From an uncultured Clostridia bacterium (GTDB lineage: Bacteria; Bacillota; Clostridia; TANB77; CAG-508): 64,000 nucleotides of DNA. Both the position numbers and the translations under genes were made by a program. The notes below the pieces were generated by a model. It searched no databases. It had not been told where the DNA came from and was given only the letters and a program-made list of their open reading frames with translations. The stretch covers positions 2,032 through 66,031 of the forward strand of contig CATKDT010000033.1 of the NCBI GenBank assembly GCA_949746675.1. The letters are read 5' to 3'. This document shows, piece after piece, positions 33,254 to 41,256 of the stretch (position 1 is its first letter; every line of letters starts with the position of its first letter).

Positions 33254-33865
33254 ATGAAGAAAAAAATATTATACATAGTTTGCGCAGTATTACTAGTAAT
33301 AAATATAATAATAACAGCAACTGTAGGATTACGAGTTAATTTGTATTACGGTGAGGGATATACAATAACTTTTACACAAGAAAATAAAATTGAAATGAGT
33401 GATATTAAATCAATAGCGAAAGAAATATGGGGAAAAGACTTCGTTACAAGAAAAGTAGAATTTTTTGAAGACAGTGTAAAAATTAAAGTAAAAGAAGTAA
33501 ATAATGAGCAAGTTCAAAAATTATGCGATAAAATTAATGAAAAATACTCATCAGAATTAACAGTGGATAGTTTTAGACAAGAACATGTATCAAATGTTAG
33601 AATATTATCATTAGTAGAACCATATATAATTCCAATAGGAATATCAATACTTCTAGTTATGATGTATTTCGCAATTAGATATAGAGGAACTAAGCAGATG
33701 CTTGGATTATTACTAAATGTAATGAGCTTAGTATCAATAGTATATACTCTACATGCTGTGTGCAGATTACCAATAACTGAATATACAGTACCACTATTTA
33801 TAACTTTGTATGGACTTATAATAATTTTATCAAGTACCCAATGGGAAAGAAAAGAAGAAGTATAA
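33254..33865 (+). CDS. secF: SecF-like membrane protein, short (203 aa) and divergent
   Basis: N-terminal TM helix, a small periplasmic-type domain, then about 3 TM helices. It sits directly after the secD-like gene. I recall typical SecF as roughly 290 aa. Confidence 0.45.
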   Translation: MKKKILYIVCAVLLVINIIITATVGLRVNLYYGEGYTITFTQENKIEMSDIKSIAKEIWGKDFVTRKVEFFEDSVKIKVKEVNNEQVQKLCDKINEKYSSELTVDSFRQEHVSNVRILSLVEPYIIPIGISILLVMMYFAIRYRGTKQMLGLLLNVMSLVSIVYTLHAVCRLPITEYTVPLFITLYGLIIILSSTQWERKEEV

Positions 33866-33884
33866 TTTTATATGATAAAAAAAT

Positions 33885-33913
33885 AAGCTCCAAAGTTTTT
33901 GGAGCTTTAATTT
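33885..33913 (+). terminator. Rho-independent terminator after the secF-like gene
   Basis: AAGCTCCAAA-gtt-TTTGGAGCTT followed by TAATTT. Confidence 0.55.
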
Positions 33914-33937
33914 GAAAGATAAGAAAGGAATTATAAA

Positions 33938-34981
33938 ATGGAAGGACAAGTAGAAAAAATAAAACAATCTGCATTAGCTGAAATAAAAGATATTAGTGAT
34001 TTACAGACATTAGAGAGCATAAAAGTAAAATATTTAGGTAAAAAAGGTGAGTTAACAGCGATATTAAAAACAATGGGAACATTACCAGCAGAAGAAAGAC
34101 CGAAAGTTGGAAATATTGTGAATTCAGCAAAACAAGAAATAACAGAAAAATTAGAAGAACTGGAAGAAAAGCTAAAAAAAGAAGAATTAGCAAAGAAATT
34201 AGAATCAGAAAAAATAGATGTTACACTTCCTTCAGATAAAATAAAAAAGGGTAGTAAACATCCTCTAACAAGAATAATAGAAGAGATTGAAGATTTATTT
34301 ACATCAATGGGATATGATGTTGTATCAGGACCAGAACTTGAAACAGATGAATTTTGTTATGAAAGACTTAACTTGCCAAAGGGACATCCTGCAAGAGACA
34401 TGCAAGATAGTTTTTATATAACACCAGAATATGTATTAAGAACACAAACATCAGCAGTTCAAGCACGTGCAATGATAGCAAATACTGAAAAAACACCGAT
34501 TAGAATTATAGTACCAGGAAAAACATATAGAAGAGAAGATGATGCAACGCATTCACATCAATTCAATCAAGTAGAAGGATTAGTAATTGATGAAAAAGGA
34601 AAAATATCATTTGCTGACTTAAAAGGAACACTTGAGATATTTATGAAGCATATGTTAGGCGATGATACAAAATTACGCTTTAGACCTAGTTATTTTCCAT
34701 TTACAGAACCATCTTATGAAGTAGATGTTAGCTGTTTTAAATGTAAAGGAAGTGGATGTAACTTATGTAAGCAAACTGGATGGATTGAGTTATTAGGTTC
34801 AGGAATGGTACATCCAAATGTATTAGAAATGAACGGATATGACCCAGAAAAATACAGCGGATTTGCATTTGGAACAGGACTTGACCGTCTTGCAATGTTT
34901 AAATATGGAATTACAGACATCAGGCTACTTTATGAAAATGATGTAAGATTTTTACAACAATTTGACAGAATGGATAAATAA
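33938..34981 (+). CDS. pheS: Phenylalanine--tRNA ligase alpha subunit
   Basis: [43 protein letters not shown] and [13 protein letters not shown]. Confidence 0.95.
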   Translation: MEGQVEKIKQSALAEIKDISDLQTLESIKVKYLGKKGELTAILKTMGTLPAEERPKVGNIVNSAKQEITEKLEELEEKLKKEELAKKLESEKIDVTLPSDKIKKGSKHPLTRIIEEIEDLFTSMGYDVVSGPELETDEFCYERLNLPKGHPARDMQDSFYITPEYVLRTQTSAVQARAMIANTEKTPIRIIVPGKTYRREDDATHSHQFNQVEGLVIDEKGKISFADLKGTLEIFMKHMLGDDTKLRFRPSYFPFTEPSYEVDVSCFKCKGSGCNLCKQTGWIELLGSGMVHPNVLEMNGYDPEKYSGFAFGTGLDRLAMFKYGITDIRLLYENDVRFLQQFDRMDK

Positions 34982-35044
34982 GATTGATTATAATATACAA
35001 AATTATTATAATTTACTCTTGAGTTTATTAATTTACAAGAATTA

Positions 35045-35073
35045 AAAATTATTTAATTCTTGTGTAACATTGC
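35045..35073 (+). other. Perfect 12-bp hairpin in the pheS-pheT spacer
   Basis: ACAAGAATTAAA-aatta-TTTAATTCTTGT. No T-run follows. Confidence 0.4.
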
Positions 35074-35117
35074 ATATTTATAATATATAGTGAATTTATA
35101 AAAGGAAAGGAATAAAA

Positions 35118-37634
35118 ATGATATTAAGTACTAATTTTTTGAAAGATTATTTAGAATTAGATGAAGATATAGATATTAATGAACTAGCTGAAAAGATGAC
35201 AAGCATTGGCAATGAATATGACTCAGCTAAAAAGTTTATAGATGCAACAAACTTAATAATAGGAAAAGTTACTGATTGCAAAGATCATCCAGACTCTGAT
35301 CATTTACATGTATGTCGAGTAGATATAGGAAGCAAAGTAATACAAATTGTATGTGGTGCACCAAATGTTAGAAAAGGTTTGAAAGTTATTGTAGCACTTG
35401 ATGGAGCAAAACTTCCAGAAAAAGAAATAAAGAAATCCATAATAAGAGGCGAAGAATCAAATGGAATGATTTGTTCAATTGCAGAATTAGGATTAGACAA
35501 TAAATTCCTAACAGAAGCAGACAAAGAAGGAATACATGAATTAGAAGAAGACGCACCTATTGGAGGAGACCCAGTAAAATATTTAGGGTGGGACGATAAT
35601 GTAATAGACTTTGAACTTACAACTAATAGAGGAGACCTATTAAGTATATTAGGAATGGCATATGAAGTTGGAACACTATATGGAAAAAAAGTAAAACAAA
35701 TTAACTTAGAACATATAAGCTATGATAAAAATGGAAAAGCAGTTGACAACAAAGAGAAAATAAAAAAAGCAAATAAAGAAGCTAAAAGCGAGGGGAATGA
35801 AAAATTAAATGGAGAACTTGAGCTAATAAAGAGCGAAGATGCTCCAAAATTAGATTTCAGATTAGATATAAATACAGAAAATTGTTCACTATTTTTAGCT
35901 AGAAAAGTTTTAAATGTACAAATTGCAGAAAGTCCAAAAGAGATAAAAGAGAAATTAATGGCATCTGGAATTAGACCTATTAACAATGTAGTAGATATTA
36001 GTAACTATGTAATGCTAGAAACAGGACAACCATTACATTTCTATGATGCAGACAAATTACATAATATGATTGAAGTTAAAATGGCAAAAGAAAATGAGAA
36101 GTTAACAACACTTGACGGACAAGAAAGAACTTTAACAACTGATGATATAGTAATATCAGATGGAAAAAGAGCAATTGGTCTTGCAGGTGTTATGGGTGGA
36201 TTTGATACTGAAATAACAGAAAGTACAAAAAATGTAATTATAGAAACAGCAATATTCGATAATGTAAAAGTAAGAAAAACATCAAACAAAATACTAAGAA
36301 GTGAAGCAAGTAATAGATTTGAAAAAGGCTTGGACCCTAATAGAACATATATGGCAATGGAAAGAGCATGTCATTTGCTCGAAAAATATGCTTATGGAAA
36401 AGTTTTAGATGGAATTTCAAAATACGACAAAACAAACAAAGAAAGTAAAAAAATCGACATAACAGTAAAAAATATAAATGAAGTATTAGGAACAGTCATA
36501 GCTAAAAAAGATATACTTGATGTATTTACAAAATTAGGATTTGAGTATGAAATAAAAAAGGATGACGAAATAATTACAGTAATTGTTCCAACAAGAAGAA
36601 TTGATATATCAATTAAAGAAGACTTAATTGAAGAAGTTGGACGCATATATGGTGTTGACAATATTCCAGGAAGGAATATGATACTTCCAGTAAAAAAAGG
36701 AACATATGATAGAACTTCAAGAGAAATACGTAACAAGATGTTTAATTTAGGATTAAATGAAACATTAACTTATGTATTAGTAAATGAAGAAGAATCAAAG
36801 ATGTTTACTAATAAAGATAAGGAAAGCATCAAAATATTATCACCATTAACAGAGGAAAAAAGTGTATTACGTCAAAGTGTAACAACAGCACTTTATAAAA
36901 CATATAACTATAATAAATCAAGAAGTATTGATAATGTGTCATTATTTGAACTTGGAAAATCATTCTATAAAGAAGATACAGACAAGAAGAATAAAGCAAT
37001 TGATAGTGATAATTATGTAGAAGAATACAAACTTGCATGTCTAATGACAGGAGAATACTTTACAGGACTTCAAACAAAAAATGTTGATTTTTATACAATA
37101 AAGGGAGTAACTGAAGAAGTTCTTGATTACTTGGGATATAATGGAAGATATAGCTTTGTAGTAGATAGCAGCCTTAAAGAAGACTTGCATCCAGGAAAAT
37201 CAGCAATGATATCAGTAAACAATGATAAAGTTGGTTTTATAGGAAGAGTAAACCCTACAATATGTAAAGAAGAAGTTTATGTTATGGAACTAAACTTAGA
37301 CAAACTTTTAGCTAAACAAGTAGGAAAGATGAAATATAAGGAATATTCAAAATTCCAATCAGTTAAAAAGGACTTAGCAGTTGTTGTTGATAATAAAGTT
37401 GAAGCACAAGAACTACAAAAAGTAATTAAATCAAATGGCGGAAAACTATTGCTAAATAGCAAGATATTTGATCTTTATACTGGAAAAGGAATTCCAGAAG
37501 GAAAGAAAAGTATAGCATTTTCAGTTGAGATTGGTGCAAATGACAGAACACTTACAGATGACGAGATAGTAGCTGTAATGACCAAGATTACAGAAGGGCT
37601 TGAGAAGAAATTTAATGCAGAATTAAGAAGCTAA
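35118..37634 (+). CDS. pheT: Phenylalanine--tRNA ligase beta subunit
   Basis: 838 aa. tRNA-binding OB domain GKVTDCKDHPDSDHLHVCRVDIG..IVCGAPNV, a B3/4 domain, a B5 domain and a C-terminal FDX-ACB-like domain. Confidence 0.95.
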   Translation: MILSTNFLKDYLELDEDIDINELAEKMTSIGNEYDSAKKFIDATNLIIGKVTDCKDHPDSDHLHVCRVDIGSKVIQIVCGAPNVRKGLKVIVALDGAKLPEKEIKKSIIRGEESNGMICSIAELGLDNKFLTEADKEGIHELEEDAPIGGDPVKYLGWDDNVIDFELTTNRGDLLSILGMAYEVGTLYGKKVKQINLEHISYDKNGKAVDNKEKIKKANKEAKSEGNEKLNGELELIKSEDAPKLDFRLDINTENCSLFLARKVLNVQIAESPKEIKEKLMASGIRPINNVVDISNYVMLETGQPLHFYDADKLHNMIEVKMAKENEKLTTLDGQERTLTTDDIVISDGKRAIGLAGVMGGFDTEITESTKNVIIETAIFDNVKVRKTSNKILRSEASNRFEKGLDPNRTYMAMERACHLLEKYAYGKVLDGISKYDKTNKESKKIDITVKNINEVLGTVIAKKDILDVFTKLGFEYEIKKDDEIITVIVPTRRIDISIKEDLIEEVGRIYGVDNIPGRNMILPVKKGTYDRTSREIRNKMFNLGLNETLTYVLVNEEESKMFTNKDKESIKILSPLTEEKSVLRQSVTTALYKTYNYNKSRSIDNVSLFELGKSFYKEDTDKKNKAIDSDNYVEEYKLACLMTGEYFTGLQTKNVDFYTIKGVTEEVLDYLGYNGRYSFVVDSSLKEDLHPGKSAMISVNNDKVGFIGRVNPTICKEEVYVMELNLDKLLAKQVGKMKYKEYSKFQSVKKDLAVVVDNKVEAQELQKVIKSNGGKLLLNSKIFDLYTGKGIPEGKKSIAFSVEIGANDRTLTDDEIVAVMTKITEGLEKKFNAELRS

Positions 37635-37652
37635 AAAATTCATTAAAAACTA

Positions 37653-37682
37653 TTGACATATTTCGACCTAATATGCTATTAT
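37653..37682 (+). promoter_or_regulatory. sigmaA-type promoter (extended -10) of the uracil-permease leader
   Basis: TTGACA (37653-37658), an 18-nt spacer, then TGcTATTAT (-10 at 37677-37682). Confidence 0.5.
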
Positions 37683-37769
37683 ATCAAAGATAAATTTAAA
37701 AAGCCAAATAAAATTATTAAAACATAATTAAGCAAATTACAAAAACTAATATAAATTATGGAGAGAATA

Positions 37770-37892
37770 ATGAAAAGATTAAGAGTAGTAGAAGTAATTA
37801 AAAAAATGACAGCAGTTGCAATAAATGCAATATTTTTCCTATTCCCATTAATTGATTTTAATAAAAATACTAGAGTTGTTTTTCAATTCTAG
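37770..37892 (+). CDS. Candidate 40-codon leader ORF (MKRLRVVEVIKKMTAVAINAIFFLFPLIDFNKNTRVVFQF)
   Basis: The ATG is 6 nt after GGAG, and an in-frame ATG at 37758 is also possible. The TAG stop (37890-37892) lies in the 3' arm of the terminator stem. The ORF is below the 60-aa cut-off of the ORF track. Confidence 0.3.
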   Translation: MKRLRVVEVIKKMTAVAINAIFFLFPLIDFNKNTRVVFQF

Positions 37893-37901
37893 TATTTTTT
37901 T
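37865..37901 (+). terminator. Strong intrinsic terminator / attenuator between the promoter and uraA
   Basis: ATACTAGAGTTG-ttttt-CAATTCTAGTAT, a 12-bp stem with one G.U pair, followed by TTTTTTT. It lies 62 nt upstream of the uraA ATG. Confidence 0.65.
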
Positions 37902-37962
37902 AAAATAAATAAAGATTGCCACCTAAAACAAGATGGTAAAAATAAAAGGAGGAAACAAAAAA

Positions 37963-39282
37963 ATGGAAGAAACTAAGAAGAGGAAGTTGATATTAGATGT
38001 CAATGAAAAACCAGATGTTATTAAATGGATAATCTTAGCATTCCAACACGTATTTGCAATGTTTGGAGCAACAATATTAGTTCCAATATTAGTAAACTCA
38101 CAAGCAGGAGAAACAGTATTAACAATACCAGTAGCATTAGTTACAGCGGGAATAGGAACATTAATTTATATTTTATGTACAAAAGGGAAATCACCAGTAT
38201 TTTTAGGAAGTTCATTTGCCTTCATAGCACCAATAGCAATAGCCTACGAAAAAGGTGGACTAGGTGGAGCATTGACTGGTGTAATGATAGTAGGCTTAAT
38301 ATATGTAGTAGTTTCATTTATTATTAGATTAATAGGAAAGAATTGGCTTGATAAAGTATTACCACCAATAGTAATTGGACCAATGATTATGATTATAGGT
38401 TTAGGACTTGCATCATCAGCAGTGGGACAAATAGGAATAGCAAGCACAGCAGAGGCAGTGAAATGGAAAGAGGTAGTAGTAGCATTAATTACATTTCTAG
38501 CAACAGCAATAGTAATGGTTAGAGGAAAAGGATTTTTACGTATAATACCATTTTTAATAGGAATAATAGTTGGATACATATCAGCAGTTTGCCTTGGATT
38601 AGTTGATTTTACGAAAGTTCTAGAAGCGGGATGGTTCAGTATGCCTGAATTCAAATTACCATTCTTATCATATACACCAAACTGGTTAGTAGCATTAACA
38701 ATAGCACCAGTAGCATTAGTTACAATGGCAGAACACATTGGAGATCATACAGCATTAAGTGCAATAATAGGAAAAGACTTACTACGTAAACCAGGTCTAG
38801 AAAATACAATGCTTGGAGATGGTATAGCAACATTCTTAGCAAGTTTATTAGGTGGTCCAGCTAACACAACATATGGTGAGAATACATCAGTAGTAGGAAT
38901 GACAAAAATAGCTTCAGTTTGGGTAATAGGATTAGCAGCAATAATAGCAATAGTTTTAGGATTTTTAGGAAAATTTACAGCATTAGTTAGTACAATACCA
39001 AATCCAGTATTAGGAGGAGTTTCATTACTACTTTATGGATTTATAGCAGTAAACGGACTAAAAGTTCTAATTGAAAACAGAATGGATTTTAACAAAAACA
39101 AGAACATAATAATTGCATCATCAATGTTAGTTCTAGGATTAGGTGGAGCAGCTATTACATTAGGAACAGGAGATTATTCATTAACATTCTCAGGAATGAG
39201 CTTAGCTGCAGTAGTTGGAATTTTACTAAACTTATTCTTACCAGAAGACAAAGAAGTAGAAGTTGATGTAAAGAAAAAATAG
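37963..39282 (+). CDS. uraA: Uracil permease (NCS2 family)
   Basis: The ATG at 37963 follows AAAGGAGG. NCS2 hallmarks are LAFQHVFAMFGATILVP, GSSFAFI and PANTTYGENTSVVGMT, with about 12 TM helices. Confidence 0.9.
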   Translation: MEETKKRKLILDVNEKPDVIKWIILAFQHVFAMFGATILVPILVNSQAGETVLTIPVALVTAGIGTLIYILCTKGKSPVFLGSSFAFIAPIAIAYEKGGLGGALTGVMIVGLIYVVVSFIIRLIGKNWLDKVLPPIVIGPMIMIIGLGLASSAVGQIGIASTAEAVKWKEVVVALITFLATAIVMVRGKGFLRIIPFLIGIIVGYISAVCLGLVDFTKVLEAGWFSMPEFKLPFLSYTPNWLVALTIAPVALVTMAEHIGDHTALSAIIGKDLLRKPGLENTMLGDGIATFLASLLGGPANTTYGENTSVVGMTKIASVWVIGLAAIIAIVLGFLGKFTALVSTIPNPVLGGVSLLLYGFIAVNGLKVLIENRMDFNKNKNIIIASSMLVLGLGGAAITLGTGDYSLTFSGMSLAAVVGILLNLFLPEDKEVEVDVKKK

Positions 39283-39557
39283 AAAATAAAGTTTATTATA
39301 AAAAGCGGTAGCTAATATAGTAAGTAGTTTAGAGCACATTTATATTAAATAAAAAAGCGGACCTTTTTAAGATAAAAAGTCGCATTAGGTCCGCAAAATA
39401 TTTTATAATTGACAGGAAATGTAGGACAATTAGTAAGTAAATTTCAAATGATGATAAAAAGTTAAGTAATAAATTGAAGTGAATAATAAAAAAGTATTCA
39501 TTTCAATTTATGACGTAATAATATGTCAGTAATTTTTAGTAGAAAGGATTTATTAAA

Positions 39558-40214
39558 ATGGAAAAAATTGATTTAAGTAAGTATACAAATATAATTGAAG
39601 TTAAGCACCCTTTACTAGAGCACAAATTAGGAATATTAAGAGATAAAAGAACAGGAACAAAAGAATTTAGAGAGATAGCAGGAGAAATAGGTGAATACTT
39701 ATGCTATAAAGCTATGGAAGAAGCAGAGCTTGATGACAAAGTTATACAAACACCAATATGTGAAACAACAGTAAAAAGACTAAATGAAGATAATTATGCA
39801 TTTGTACCAATATTAAGAGCAGGACTTGGAATACTTGACGGAGTAATTAAAGCAATCCCAAATGCAAAAATTGGACATATTGGTATGTATAGAGATGATG
39901 AAAATGGACATAAACCAGTAAACTACTTTTTCAAAGTACCAAAACATATTGAAGACAAAGAAGTAATATTATTAGACCCAATGCTAGCAACTGGTGGAAG
40001 TGCTATGGATGCAATAGAATTATTAAAAGAAAAAGGTGTTAAGAAGATAAAATTCATTTGTATGATATCAGCACCAGAAGGCTTAAAAGTAGTTGCGGAA
40101 AAACATCCAGATGTTAAAATTTATTGTGCAAAAATTGATGAACACTTAAATGAAGATGCTTACATTGTACCAGGACTAGGAGATGCTGGAGATAGAATAT
40201 TTGGAACAAAATAG
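39558..40214 (+). CDS. upp: Uracil phosphoribosyltransferase
   Basis: HPLLEHKLGILRDKRTGTKEFRE, VPILRAGLG, LLDPMLATGGS and YIVPGLGDAGDRIFGT. Confidence 0.95.
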   Translation: MEKIDLSKYTNIIEVKHPLLEHKLGILRDKRTGTKEFREIAGEIGEYLCYKAMEEAELDDKVIQTPICETTVKRLNEDNYAFVPILRAGLGILDGVIKAIPNAKIGHIGMYRDDENGHKPVNYFFKVPKHIEDKEVILLDPMLATGGSAMDAIELLKEKGVKKIKFICMISAPEGLKVVAEKHPDVKIYCAKIDEHLNEDAYIVPGLGDAGDRIFGTK

Positions 40215-40223
40215 GAGGAAATT

Positions 40224-40958
40224 ATGAAATTCAAGAGAATACTTTTAAAACTAAGTGGTGGAGCTTTAGTTGGAGAAAATAATGAAAGTTTTGATAAAGA
40301 AAAACTAGATACAATAACAGATCAAATTATACATGCAAGAAATAATGGAATTGAAGTTGCAATAGTAATTGGAGCTGGAAATATATTTAGAGGAAGAACA
40401 GCAGGGGAATGGAATATGGATAGAGCTGATGCTGATAACATTGGAATGATGGCAACAATAATAAACAGCCTAATGTTAAAGGGAGCATTAGATTCTAAAA
40501 TAAAAGACCAAACTGTTGTTATGAACTCAATACCAATTCCTCTAGTTGGAGAACACTATATTAGAAGAGATGCACAAAAATTAATTGACCAAGGCAAAAT
40601 TTTAATATTTGGTGGTGGAATGGGACACCCATATATCACAACAGATTATGGTTCAGTTCAAAGAGCAATTGAAACAAAATGTGATGTTGTACTTATGGCA
40701 AAAAGTGGAACTAATGGAGTTTATACAGCAGATCCAAGAAAAGATAAGGAAGCAAAAAGATTTAAATACTTAAATTATGAAGATGCAATCAACAGCAATT
40801 TACAAGTAGCTGACCTATCAGCATTTGTACTTGCTAGAGAATTCAAAATGCCTCTATATGTATTTGACTTTGATGAAGTGGACGCAGTAAGCAAGGTATG
40901 CAATGGAGAAGAAATTGGAACATATGTAGGGGAAGATTGTAAGACTGAATTATATTAG
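40224..40958 (+). CDS. pyrH: UMP kinase family protein (divergent PyrH-like)
   Basis: KRILLKLSGGAL, GAGNIFRG, DADNIGMMATIINSLML, GGGMGHPYITTDYGSVQRA and NGVYTADPRKD. RBS AGGAGG lies 9 nt after the upp stop. Confidence 0.8.
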   Translation: MKFKRILLKLSGGALVGENNESFDKEKLDTITDQIIHARNNGIEVAIVIGAGNIFRGRTAGEWNMDRADADNIGMMATIINSLMLKGALDSKIKDQTVVMNSIPIPLVGEHYIRRDAQKLIDQGKILIFGGGMGHPYITTDYGSVQRAIETKCDVVLMAKSGTNGVYTADPRKDKEAKRFKYLNYEDAINSNLQVADLSAFVLAREFKMPLYVFDFDEVDAVSKVCNGEEIGTYVGEDCKTELY

Positions 40959-40975
40959 AGAATAGTGAGATATAA

Positions 40976-41012
40976 AAATCATTGAATTTACATTGTATAT
41001 TCAATGATTTTT
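40976..41012 (+). terminator. Rho-independent terminator after the pyrH-like gene
   Basis: AAATCATTGAAT / ATTCAATGATTT, a 12-bp perfect stem followed by TT. Confidence 0.6.
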
Positions 41013-41256
41013 AGTTTTCTAAGTTATAACAACGTAAAAAGTAATACAATATTAATAATTAATATAGCTTTTTTTTAATAAATAATATAAAATACAAATA
41101 TAAAAAGATAAGAGTAGATTACATAATAACATATTATATTATTTGAATTTGAATAAATTTAAAATAAAGTAATAAGTATAGCTCTATTATAAAAAATCTT
41201 AATTTTATAAATTTCTACTATTTCTTTTTAAATATAATTAGGTAAAGGGGAGTTTT

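Noticed and set aside
38025-38327. Alternative + strand frames inside real genes: 38025-38327 within uraA, 55690-55896 (a Gln-rich frame in the PT linker) and 56605-56817 (a Lys-rich frame).
   Set aside because: They overlap well-supported frames, have no RBS, and their composition is driven by the repetitive coding sequence of the true frame.
39283-39557. A possible PyrR binding site, riboswitch or attenuator upstream of upp, together with preQ1, T-box and c-di-AMP elements upstream of queA, the aaRS genes and the hydrolase genes.
   Set aside because: I found only generic hairpins (for example 39476-39508). None of the conserved cores I know for these RNA families is present.
40959-41256. 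The extremely AT-rich 298-nt gap before the interrupted secreted-protein gene, considered as a possible mobile-element end or att site.
   Set aside because: I could find no direct or inverted repeats matching any other part of the window, and no recombinase gene lies nearby.
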